NCBI RefSeq assembly: GCF_964204645.1
Contig: NC_134035.1
Coordinates: 4,650,001-4,714,000 of the forward strand
Direction: 5' to 3'
DNA: 64,000 nt
DNA from: Tubulanus polymorphus
Lineage: Eukaryota; Animalia; Nemertea
The notes under the pieces are model-generated. The model ran no database searches, was not told the DNA's origin, and saw only the letters and a list, made by a program, of their open reading frames with translations. Position 1 is the stretch's first letter, and the number at the start of each line of letters is the position of its first letter. Below, piece by piece: positions 52,283 through 64,000 of the stretch. Both the position numbers and the translations under genes were made by a program.

Positions 52283-52515
52283 AGCCTACATGATGGCAAT
52301 CGATGATAGGAGCTTGAATGGAGCCATTAAGGCTGTAAAATCACTACCGATGCTCTCCGGTCCCTTGTGGATAAACAATGAATAAATAATGGATTATAAT
52401 TGATTGAAGTATTAATGAGTGATAATTGTACGCTATGATTTTCAAATGAAAATATTGTTTCATGATTCGCACAACGTAGTTATATTATTAGTAGTAGTTA
52501 TAGTGAACGTGCGTT

Positions 52516-52980
52516 ATACTACAGTAGTTCTGACATACTACCTTAGTTCAGTACATACTACCTTAGTTCAGTACATACTACAGTAGTTCAGAACATACTA
52601 CCTTAGTTCAGAACATACTACCTTAGTCAGTACATACTACAGTAGTTCAGTACATACTACAGTAGTTCAGTACATACTACAGTAGTTCAGTACATACTAC
52701 AGTAGTTCAGAACATACTACAGTAGTTCAGTACATACTACAGTAGTTCAGAACATACTACAGTAGTTCAGAACATACTACCTTAGTTCAGAACATAGGCC
52801 TACTACCTTAGTTCAGAACATACTACCTTAGTTGAGTATGTACTACAGTAGTTCAGAACATACTACCTTAGTTGAGTACGTACTACAGTAGTTCAGAACA
52901 TACTACCTTAGTTGAGTACGTACTACAGTAGTTCAGAACATACTACCTTATAGTTCAGTACATACTATGGTAGTTTCAGT
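52516..52980 (+). repeat. 20-bp minisatellite (~23 units)
   Basis: acatactac(ag/ct)tagttcag(t/a) repeated. Confidence 0.95.
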
Positions 52981-52999
52981 GCACACAAGCCTTCATCAT

Positions 53000-53116
53000 C
53001 AGGGACCACTTTTATAGACTGGTACCATCTTTAACCACTGGAGGCTAACTCAATTGGAAATGAATTGAGTTAGCCCCCCGGGTTAAAGATAGTGCCAGTG
53101 AATAAAACTGGCCCTG
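53000..53116. mobile_element. Near-complete palindromic CWG-flanked MITE
   Basis: CAG|ggaccacttttatagactggtaccatctttaacc..ggctaactcaatt-ggaaatg-aattgagttagcc..ggttaaagatagtgccagtgaataaaactggcc|CTG; ~55-bp imperfect stem; degenerate relative at ~940-980. Confidence 0.88.
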
Positions 53117-53859
53117 GCATGATACCAATAGCTTCCAGTGGTTCGAACCCCGATCCTGCGCCCATCCCCCACGTAAAATTCAGAAAAGGATCCAGACTTA
53201 ATTAAACTGTAGCTAACGTTTTGAAGTGAGCATGTACAGTGTTCTAGCCTATTTGAGGCGAGACTTGGTTAAACTTGTGAACATTGCGTTCTCTCTCTCT
53301 CCCTTTCTCTCCAATCTCTTTCTCTCTCTCTCTCTCCGTGTCGATGAAGTACGATTAAAGTAATCACCGGCGAAAAAGAACATTAACAACGCGCAATAGT
53401 TGGCGTGTTATATGGGTGTGGCCACATATACAGCTATAGCTGCTTTTATTCATTAGCTCATTCAGCTTGTGATAATACACATTAGTCGAGAATAAGTTCG
53501 TTCTCCGATATCAAATACTTTCACGGTCTTCACAAAAAAAGACGATACTTTTTCCCGCAGAATACTGTTTACTGCGTGTATCTGCATATACACGAGCGGT
53601 GCTCTTATGTTATATCTATACGAAGGTCTCGTTGTCGACGGTTTATTCGGTCACAGCCGTACTGCTGGATGCATTGCTTTTAACTGTTACAATTAGTCAT
53701 ATGAACAATAGCTCATTAACTGCCGAGCGCGCGGAGAGAAGAGCGGAGAGCGAGAGGAGACAAGGGGAAGGGAACGTGAGGCAAAGAATGGAAGATCGGA
53801 CTGGGAAATAATGGAAACGAGAAAGCGAGGAAAGAGGGAATGGGTAGATATTGAGAGAA

Positions 53860-54330
53860 GAGGGGGAAGGGGCTATTAGAGCTGTAGATGGCAGGGGAAG
53901 GGGAAGGATGGAAGGGAATCTATATGTGCAGCGAACGCTATAGAGAGGGACAGAATGGTAAAGTGAATGGCAAGGGAAGTATTAGAACTGTAGATGGCAG
54001 GGGAAGGGGAAGGATAGATGAGTATCTATAGGGGCAGCGAGTGCTACAGGAGAGAATGGTAAAGAGAATGGGAATGGGTGGATATTAACGGAATAGAGGG
54101 AAGTGAAGTATCAGAGCTGTAGATGGCAGGGGAAGGGGAGGGATAGAGGAGTATCTATAGGCACAGCGAGTGTTACAGGAGAGAATGGTCAAGAGAATGG
54201 GAATGGGTGGATATTAACAGAATAGAGGGAAGTGAGGTATCAGAGCTGTAGATGGCAGGGGAAGGGGAGGGATAGAGGAGTACCTATAGGCGCAGCGAGT
54301 GCTACAGGAGAGAATGGTTAAGAGAATGGA
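53860..54330 (+). repeat. Purine-rich 129-bp tandem repeat (~3.5 units)
   Basis: rctgtagatggcaggggaagggga at 53881, 53987, 54116 and 54245. Confidence 0.9.
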
Positions 54331-55236
54331 CCGTGAACTATTTTAACCATTATAGGTCAAGTTCGAGCACGCGCACATGTATCACTTAAACCAGTTTTTC
54401 GCTGTACTGAGGGGGGGGTTTCAATGGATTTCACGCCGCATCGATTTTCTGTCACCTTTAAAACGAAAAGTCGAAAGCGATTTTCCGAACACACGGCGCT
54501 CCGTATTACTTATACACGGCGCGGCTCTATTAAACGGACAGTGGAAACACTTTTCACACCCATTATTCGAACGTTTAACAGTCATTACCGGCGACGCCGC
54601 GACGGATCAATCAACGTCGAGATGTTCACACTTTTCGCTAAAAAAACCTCTAAATGACGTTATCGTTTAAAACGGCAATACCTTCGCATACACACACACA
54701 CACACACGATCGCTAAACTGTTTTAGCGTTCCATCAACTTCGCATATACACGATTGTCCGACTGTTTTAGTGTTTCACGAACGTTCCGGACTTTCTAAAT
54801 GTCCAAAAATGATCACTCGGCCCAAAAACGAAGCGCGACGTTTACGCAGCCATATACGTCTTTCGTCCCCCGATTTATTTTCAAAACGAGCTTTTTAACC
54901 CCTTCTTGCCCTTAACATTTTTAAACTAAACAATCATTTGAAACAGGCATTTTTACTGACAGATTTTTTTCTCTTCGGGCGGCGGCAGCGGCGTCCTCTT
55001 CTGCGAGCTGCGTTTCGGGTTAGGCATAGAGCGTGTTTTAACAACTTCCCGGTTAGTGGATGCACTTGAGCTCGACGAAACGGGCAAACACACGCGCAAA
55101 CACCTGTCCAATAGAACCGCCCGATTTCCGTCTCTCGACGAGCGCTGAGCTGCCGCATATGTTCGCTTTCGTTTTTAAAGAGCACTTGAAAATTCAAAAT
55201 TAATTGTCAACCTTCGTTCGTAGCCGATATTTCAAC

Positions 55237-55240
<4 letters not shown>

Positions 55241-55285
<45 letters not shown>
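55241..55285. repeat. (TA)n microsatellite
   Basis: Read directly from the sequence. Confidence 0.97.
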
Positions 55286-55290
<5 letters not shown>

Positions 55291-55662
55291 TCTACATATT
55301 ACGGCCACAATAACAATGGAAAGAAACGGTGTGTAGGACATGTGCTGCCATCGTCCAGCGCGCCACTGGCGGCTGTCACCCGGCCCATAAACCGTCATCA
55401 TACCCTTTAACAACGAAACATAAATACCGGCGACAATGCTTCGATTGTTCCTAATCGCGGGAAATGTATCAAAAGCTTCAATTCGATTTCAGAATGATTC
55501 GTTTATTTAAGTGCTTCGTTCGGTCGTTTGGTCATTTCGCTAGAAGTATTATTATTGGCCGACCTGTAAACTGACCAGTAGGCAAGTTTGACCATTATAG
55601 CGATGACTACGACTCCTTTAACTGACCAAAAGACAACTCGTTCCTGGTCAGTAGAGTATCAA

Positions 55663-56150
55663 TCTGTGACTAGGCAACTGTGACTGGCCCATAGGTATGG
55701 TAACTCTAATTGACCCATAGGCAACTGTGACTGGCCCAAAGGCAACTGTGACAGGCCCATAGGCATAGTAACTCTAATTGGCCCATAGGCAACTGTGCTT
55801 AGTCCATAGGCAACTGTGACTGGCCAAAAGGCAACTGACTGGCCAAAAGGTAACTGACTGGCCAAAAGGCAACTCACTGTGACTGGCCCATAGGTATGGT
55901 AACTCTAATTGACCCAAAGGCAACTGTGACTGGCCCAAAGGCAACTGTGACTGGCCAAAAGGCAACTGTGACTGGCCCATAGGTATAGTAACTCTAATTG
56001 GCCCATAGGCAACTGTGCTTAGTTCATAGGCAACTGTGACTGGCCAAAAGGCAACTGACTGTGACTGGCCCATAGGTATGGTAACTCTAATTGGCCCATA
56101 GGCAACTGTGACCAGCCTATATGCAACCTGTGATGGAGCATAGACAACTT
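55663..56150 (+). repeat. Complex ~21-bp-based minisatellite
   Basis: ggcaactgtgactggccca(t/a)a interleaved with ggtatrgtaactctaattgrcccata. Confidence 0.92.
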
Positions 56151-59011
56151 AGATCACAACTACCTGTAGGAGACAGTGAATAGCATATAGATTACTGGCT
56201 CAAGGCATAGGTTGACTACTGACTCTTAAGTGACCGGGACTGGCGTCGAAGTCACTAGTTTGACAGTCGCCGCAATCATGACTAATAAAACGCAGGTTGA
56301 ACTAACGGCAATTTGGCAACGACGATTTATCGGATTATAAAATATAAACATTTTCGCCGAATTCGAAGAAAAACTGAAACGCGATAGAGATAGACTTCGC
56401 CCCGGCGGCGGTCTCCGCGAATGAGAACAATAGCTAGAAGAGAAACGCTGATTAAATAAAGACCGTATATAGACTCGTCGGTGTGTATGGGTGTGTTTAA
56501 CCTAGCGCAGCCTGCAACTTCACCCGTTCATTGAGAGATGAGTTTTTTTTTTTGGTTGTCATTCGCCGCGCTGCTGCTACCGAGTTATTAGAAATTATCT
56601 CACCACCCGCTGTTATAGCGCCATAACGAAATAACCAAAGACCCGACCAAATGAGAGAATGTGTATGTGTGTGTCAGTACGGTACGTGGTGCAATTCAAC
56701 AACTGCAATTTAATTCCGTTTTTGTTATCGTCGTTTTATGTTTATATCAAATTTGTGTTATATGTGGAGACAGCGATGACAGTAGGAAGAGTTTTCAAGC
56801 CGCCCGACGATGATTTGTTTAATTAATTTATAACCGCGCGCGCGCACGAAGTGCCGAGGTGATTATCGCAGTTCACGTCCTCGAACAACGACGACGGATG
56901 AAATCACGAGAACCAATTAAAAACCGACTAATTCGATAAATTGTTCTCTAGTACTAGTAGCAGGCAGGCATCGAACGTCGAACGCGTTGCGGCCCTGTTT
57001 CAAAAAAACGTTATCGCGAAAACTATCCAGAGGAAGGATTTGGGAGGGTTCTGACCAAGTGTCCGTTTGAAAACCACTGATCTATGACCGAAGTCCACAG
57101 CATTTCTTACTTTGACCTACTTCAGATCAGAACCAGTCTTTGAAAATCACAAGCGAAAATTTCCAACCCAAATTTATCTATGACAAGTCCACAGTATTCG
57201 TTTATTTACTAATGAGGCATAAATATGGATCTAAATTTTCTAAGTTATCTGAATCCCCCCCCCCGACTACCCTAGATAGCGACAACCCATCTGTCTTTCT
57301 CCCTCTCCCATGTCCACCTCATCCCTCCGCTTTCCCCGTCCTTTTTTCGTCTTCATCCATCTGCCTCCGCGTCCCTCTCCCTTTCTCGACTTCCCTCTCG
57401 GTCCCTGGTCGCTCTTCCTCACGGCCTCTCCTCTCTGGCCCCCCTCACAGTTCTCTCAAATACTGCCGACGCGCGCCGCGCCGTTGTTGCTGTTGTATAC
57501 GGAGACGCCCGTGTGAGTCATATTAGTAGACACAGTCGACCCAAACGTAATTTACCCGACGACGATGTAATGTTGCAGGCCCCCATCTCGGTCCGTCACA
57601 CTGCGTTTCACCGACGATGATTACAAGATTAATACATTTCCAGATATAATCATAATCTACTAGTCTATTAATGCGCGGTATTGCAATTAGTCGAGCTGTC
57701 CGCTCTATACACAATATACGCTCTCCAGTCTCTCTACGACGAACGACTCCAACGGCGTCCCATTCATTAGACCGGTCCTACCGGCGCGAATACAACCGTA
57801 AAGAGAAAATGTAAACACGTACAAACGATGAAAAGTTTTTTTTTTGTCGAAAATACCGAGAGCTTATTCGCGCGCGTTATCGCGACATCATCGAATCATC
57901 ACGAGTAATTACATTCCCGATACATACTTCATGCTACCGGGTGAAACTATGACGTTTTTCTACTTTCGTTCATTCTGCATATTTTCGGTGCCCAAAAACC
58001 CGAAGCCCGCGTGCGAGAGGACCCAAGTATAGTCACTTTGCTATAGAATTCCTAGCCAGTTTAAGAAAGCTGTTACAAGGGACGGGGGTAAATCGGAATG
58101 TCCTAAACAGTTATTCCGAATGGTTTAAAGCCCGTCGAAGCACCAGGACTATATGGTCCTAATTAATGCCCTATGTTATTGCATATGGGGTTTAACACTT
58201 TTCTCTATGACCAGGGCCAGTCACGATTGGCTTACAGCTTACTACTTGTCTCGGACCTAGCACTGGTCAATTCCCAATGGAGTTTAAGCCTTTCAAGAAG
58301 ACATCATAGCTGAACGTTATAGCCTCACGGCTTCTCAGGGCCAAGTACTGGTCAAACATGCTTTTCTGAAGACCACGGATAATCAGTTCTTCCCTAGGGT
58401 AGACCAAGACCGGTCACGAGTCCTATATCCGCGCAAATTGCTTAAACACAGTATAATTTAAATCTCATATCGCGGACACACGCGGCTAAGCCTTAACTCG
58501 ACGCGATCGCATGCGAAAACCTTTCAATCTTCTACGACCAGAAACGTCATCGCAAAATAATCCTATTCATAGTTTTTTTACACACTCACACACACACATA
58601 AACGAAGAAGAGCCTACTTCATATCCATTTACGCGGTAATACTCGATGCAACCCGACGATATAAGACTCAGATGCCGGGTGACGAACTACCGATACCATT
58701 CCTCCCTGCGTAGCCAGGATCGAAAACAGGCCAAATCATATTATCTAATCGTTTTACGAACTTTTTACGAATCGTCGTAGATTCGTCGTCGTAGGAATCA
58801 TTCGTAATAACTCGATTCTCATTTCGTTTATTGGACTCGTATAAAAGCCTCCAGTAACAATAAGCCACTTATTTTTTTCATCACCTCGCGACAAAGTTAT
58901 TAATTAATCCAACCATTAAATTAATTGATTAATCCTCGTGGTACAAGGAGTCTTGCGTGCCTCTTGTGCCGTGCCTCAAGAGAACCGGGCAGGAGGGTGG
59001 AACCAGAAAAT

Positions 59012-59353
59012 CTGTGGAACCTCGTTACGACGAACTTCAGGAGACCAGAAAATCTGTTCGTTATAACTGATACAGCGGAACCTCGTTACAACGAACTTCA
59101 GGAGATCAGAAAATCTGTTCGTTATAACTGATACAGCGGAACCTAGTTACAACGAACTTCAGGAGACCAGAAAATCTGTTAGTTATAACCGATGCAGCGG
59201 AACCTCATTACAACAAACTTCAGGAGACAGGAAAATCTGTTTGTTATAACTGATACAGTGGAACCTCATTACAACAAACTTCAGGAGACAGGAAAATCTG
59301 TTTGTTATAACTGATACAGCGGAACCTCTCGTTACAACAACGAACTTCAGGAG
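59012..59353 (+). repeat. 61-bp array (~5.6 units) of the pogo-like MITE left end, with no right TIR
   Basis: Units at ~59012, 59071, 59132, 59193, 59254 and 59315, nearly identical to the units at 2885-3128. Confidence 0.92.
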
Positions 59354-60075
59354 GAAACGAGTGGAACCTCACCAAAATCATCAAGACTGTAATATCCAAT
59401 ATATTATTATATCTAAGAGAATGTTACAAGGTAGAGACATACTGATCTATCAATGGCTAAACAATGATGAAAATACATTTTCTAGACCTGCAGCCACCCC
59501 ACCCTCTGTCAATGGCTCTCAGCAGTGGCGTACAACTCTTGCTAGAGTAAGAATGTTAAGTAGTCGAGTGTCTATTTATTGGCTCAATGTTGATGTCACG
59601 CCTGTCCGATTCCATCAAACAGTCATAGCGGCAACATCAGCATCTCCAGCAACCCTCGTTGCCCCGCATCATTTCTGCTGCTGCACGCGCTCAAACGTAT
59701 GCACTTAACAACCCTGACGTCGTCAATGGCAACGTCGTTTACAAACCCGGCTCTGTAGCCCCGTGTTGTTGGGCGCGCCGATGAAAGAACGATCGAATGA
59801 CCCAATTTTTCGTTTTTCCAAAACAGTCGAACATTTTTTCTTTGTCATTATCGACGCATTTCTCATTTACGAAGCTCACGGAATAAGGATGGCTCCGAAT
59901 GTAATGGTTTGGAAATTCTAGGAGCCACCCCTATATCACATATATGATTGTTTTATGCGATCGAACCAACGATACTGTCTTTAACTGTTTTAACACGTCG
60001 ATACAAACTGTGACTGAATGATTACTTTTAAAACGCTCATAGTTTTATTAAGCATTTCGAAAACGATACAAACTG

Positions 60076-60364
60076 CACCTTCCACCGGCAGGATTTGAAC
60101 CTGATGGCATCGAAACCCTGCCACACTAGACCGGGTGCGCAGGTTTACTGCACGAAAACTTGCAACACCAATAAGATTTTCCGTTGTGTAATAACTGGGA
60201 CAAATTTCATTGATTGACTTCAAATGGGGAAAACCCAGGCTAAAGTAAAATGGGATATCTGATTGGCTAATAATGACATCATCGAGGCCGCGCACTCGAT
60301 GATGGGATAGTATGAGGCTCAATGCTATCAGGTTTGAATCCCTGCCGGGGGGGGGGGGAGAATA
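60076..60364 (-). mobile_element. tRNA-armed foldback element, copy 2 (shorter, inverted relative to copy 1)
   Basis: caccttccaccggcaggatttgaacctgatggcatcg...gggatatctgattggct...caggtttgaatccctgccgg; flanks tacaaactg / tatgaaccg. Confidence 0.85.
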
Positions 60365-61006
60365 TATGAACCGCTGATATCAAGACTACGAACTCGGTCT
60401 GAAGAATATTCGAATCGATACAAACTGTGACCGAGTCGAAACGATCTTTTCTCGTTCTCGACATCGAACACGACCTCCGGATCTTAATAAAAAACAATTG
60501 CATTCGTCGACTGCCTTAAACGCTGACAAAAAAAATCAAATCACCAGAGAGTAAAAAAGACATTAATCTTCCGCTATAACATAGACTTCCATGAACTATA
60601 CGCGTTTATATACATCATATATGGAATAAAAAGTGTTTTCTCTCTGGCGCTTGCGAGAGCACACACACACACAGCGGAGGAGAGTTATAATCAAAAAGCC
60701 AGATGTCGCAGTTCAGTCCTTTCAGGAATTAACACACAACAGCTGCTGTCACATATAAAAACAGCTGCTGGAGAGAAAGTACACGGCGCGCGGCGCGGGC
60801 CTCCTCCTTGTAACACTCAACACTTATAAAACTAAATACAACTGTATTTATACATCGTGTATTGTTTGCAACTAGACCCCGGCTAGTTTACGTGGTGGGG
60901 TTGGAGAAAATGACAGGCGGCTAGAAACTTCTCGGTGTTCCGAAAAAGCGTTTCCGATCAAAAATCCTCTTAGATACTACAGGGTCAAACTCGTTTTCAT
61001 AAACCG

Positions 61007-61334
61007 CATCCTCCACCGGCAGGGATTTGAACCTGATGGCATCGCTACACTCAGCCACGGCACAAGATCCTGCCACACTAGACCGGGTGCGCAGGAACAT
61101 GCGCAGGTGAACCGCGCGAAAAGTTGCGGCACCAATCAGATAGCTCGTTGTAAATTGCTGAGGAAAATTTCAGGGGAGAACTATGAATGGAAAAACCCAG
61201 GCTAAAATAAAACGGGATATCTGATTGGCTAATAGTGACATCATCTAAGCCGTGCACTCGGTCTAGTGTGGCGGGGTTTCGTACCGTGGTGAGTCTCGTG
61301 GCCATCGCGTTCGAATCCCAGTCGCGGGAGGATG
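61007..61334 (-). mobile_element. tRNA-armed foldback element, copy 3 (inverted relative to copy 1)
   Basis: CATCCTCC...GGAGGATG ends; interior is homologous to the reverse complement of the 49355 copy; flanks cataaaccg / tttaaaccc. Confidence 0.88.
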
Positions 61335-62778
61335 TTTAAACCCTGGCTAGTTAAGCGGGTAGGGGTTTAGTAGAAAACGGGGAAAACGACCCGCCCGATC
61401 CCCGCCCCGATCCGAAATCCCGTCATTCTCGCGATTTTACCCGATCAAACTCGTTTAACACTCATTAACTTTCATTCGTTAATCGATCCTCACATCGTAT
61501 ATGATTAAGACGAGAACACGGCGTAAAGTCGAAAATCAACGCGAGACGCGCGACGACATTTGCGATTGAGAGGGGAAAAAACTGCTTTTTAATCCGGCGC
61601 CCGAGTTTACGAAGCTATACGCGGAAACGTGAGAAGCAGCCGTCGTAAAGTAAGAGACGACAGACGACGCGTCTTTGTTCTCATTTCGAATTGGATGAAG
61701 AAGATTCGCGTCTAATTAAGAAATGAAGGCTCAGCGGGCGGCGGCACGGGAATGTGAGCCTTAATGACAGTAGAACACCGAATACCTGCGCAGGCTTTCA
61801 CCTGCAATGCAACCGGGTAGTTATAATTGACCTATAGCGATTTGATGATATCGGATATAAGCCGATTGATGCGGCCACCCCTAACCCTCCAGCTATCGAG
61901 GGAGAGTTCTAAACCGGTGTTCTAGTGTCAAATATCATCATCCGTCTGAATGTCGAGATCGTTGGGAGTCAAGCTGAGAAATTCATATGAAATTAAATCA
62001 CTACTTTCCGACGTTAAATACCAGCTGAGAACCCGGCTGAGAACGGCGTCCTGTAGGTTGGTCATTTAGGACGCCCAATTAAGCCCGTAGCTCGCGACGC
62101 CTGCCAGACGGACGAGGCCCAATTAAACCCCCTATAGTTCGTCGCATAATTAAACCCGGGCCGCCTGAATTCGGGCCCAATTAAAATATCCGCAGTTCGC
62201 GCTCTCCTAACGAGGAACTAGTAATTTAGAGGTCGCAGGCGTCGGCGATAATCTGAGAAAATGTTCATCTGCGATCCTACACAAAGAAGAATACGCGGAG
62301 AGAATGAAACGCAGGTAGAGAATAGAACACGACGGGAAGTCGAATCATCGACGGGGACGAACAATAGACAGCAGCGAATTTAATGAATCTGAGGAATATG
62401 GGGTACACGACGCCACGCGTGCGCGCCTGCGCGCCTGCACACGGGTACACGCTTATATACCAGCTGATGTTTAATACATTGAAACGAGGTCAAAACGTCC
62501 CCCCTCCCTCCTAAATAAAACGCACTTACTATAAACTGAAGGTGGGTTAACGTTACTGAACGAGATGAAACGACGATCCGGGTTTCGGTGTTCGATTTCG
62601 AATTGAAAAAGCCGTTATATTACTTGATCCGGGTTAAACTAGTTCAACAATGAATACAAGCACAACTCATCGGGCTATACGGTGTCGTGTGTGCGTGTGC
62701 ACGCTCCTAACTAATTCAGAATTTAAGCATGAAAACGTTTTTTGTGTTGCATCTGCCATTCGAGGGGGTCGTACGGAT

Positions 62779-62950
62779 CAGGGAACCCAGAATACCGCTA
62801 TATTTATTTCGCCCTTGATCAAAATCTCCTCGATTAAATTGCCATTCGTCACCAGCAAGGACAACTAGACACCGTAAATTCCCGACTTTTCCCTGATTTT
62901 CATGAAAAGAGTCAGAATTCCCTTATTCCCGCTGATCTACAAAAACCCTG
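62779..62950. mobile_element. Possible degenerate MITE with CAGGG...CCCTG ends
   Basis: cagggaacc...aaattcccgacttttccctga...aaccctg; weak and single copy. Confidence 0.3.
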
Positions 62951-63426
62951 GCTAGTGTGACAACCTCAGTCTATGGAACTCACCCTTTGTAGATCAAAAG
63001 CAAGTTTACTAAGATTCGAAGAGTGGCTGGGGAATCGCTAGTGGTCGTCGGACATGAATCATGAATCACCGGCGTCGTAGATTCTCCTATCATCGAATCG
63101 TACGGTGATTCTCTCTCAAGCGCGGTTAGTGGTAGCTGATAGAATTAAGGAGTAAGTGTGTTACGAGCTACTGTTTGCATGATTAATATCATTTCATATG
63201 ACATCATCGAACGCGATTTAACGAACGACGCGACTCAATTCGATCAACCGCGGCGGTCTCGGTCGCATTCGACGAGGCCGACTGTTCGACGTCCTTGCGA
63301 CGTCGTTCGGAGTCCTTGCAAAACATTTCTGCCGGTCATGATTTGGGCAAAAATTCATGCCTAGCAAAGCTAGATTTGGCCTTTCTTTGGGGTAAGGCGG
63401 TTTTAGGTCTCGTAGATGAAAATCGC

Positions 63427-63507
63427 CGGGGCCCAGTTCCACAATTATGTGAGTTAAGATTTGACTCAAGAGTTAACTCTAACTCACGACTGCGGAACTG
63501 GATCCAG
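63427..63507. mobile_element. CWG-type hairpin MITE
   Basis: CGG|ggcccagttccaca..gtgagtta...taactcac..tgcggaactggatc|CAG. Confidence 0.82.
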
Positions 63508-63608
63508 GTTTCCATCTCGCGTGGGCCTGGAAAATCTCAAGATACGCCGCGTCCCGTCCATACACCGATCAAGCATCAGTTAATCGCTAGACACAGATTA
63601 TCCCTGGC

Positions 63609-63611
<3 letters not shown>

Positions 63612-63675
<64 letters not shown>
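63612..63675. repeat. (TA)n microsatellite
   Basis: Read directly from the sequence. Confidence 0.97.
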
Positions 63676-63679
<4 letters not shown>

Positions 63680-64000
63680 CATACATAATGCAGCACAACG
63701 AGTAAATTAATGTCATCTCATTGAAAGCCGCATCAAATCAAATCTACGCGATTCTGTGACCGACGCCGGCGCGCGCTAGTATTCACCAGGCCGCACGAAC
63801 CTAATTAAACCCGTAACATTCAAATTGCTATACTGAAGATCTAATAACGTTTTGAGACCGATGGACGTCCGCGTTGCGCGTTGATCACCGCGCACAGTTG
63901 TATACGAGCTCTACGATAGAATGTCATCGGTTCAACGCAGAGATTCCGATGATGACTCAAAACGCCGTATTGAAACGTATACGTCGAGCGAAATGTTTTT

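Noticed and set aside
53881-54260. RCTGTAGATGGCAG as further CTCF sites
   Set aside because: Only the 3' half matches; the CCAS start and the upstream module are missing.

Overview
64 kb of apparently non-coding eukaryotic DNA, most likely an invertebrate animal large intron or regulatory gene desert (inferred from composition and repeat types; the species cannot be identified). No ORF in the track is a credible protein, and I found no complete tRNA, rRNA, conserved miRNA or CRISPR array. The main structure is a quasi-periodic alternation, about every 1.1 kb by eye, of CpG-rich unique blocks and CpG-poor blocks. Nearly all MITEs, minisatellites and polypurine tracts sit in the CpG-poor blocks. 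Mobile elements include short hairpin MITEs flanked by CWG (PIF/Harbinger-like), a pogo/Tigger-like MITE (TA target duplication), and three copies of a ~290-340 bp foldback element whose inverted arms look like tRNA/Pol III heads. Several minisatellites are amplified MITE ends or interiors. One MITE copy at the edge of a CpG-rich block appears to have gained CpGs by changes that deamination cannot explain. A 54-bp tandem array at 50.5-50.9 kb carries seven same-orientation CTCF-like motifs, most with the upstream module. All counts and alignments were done by eye.
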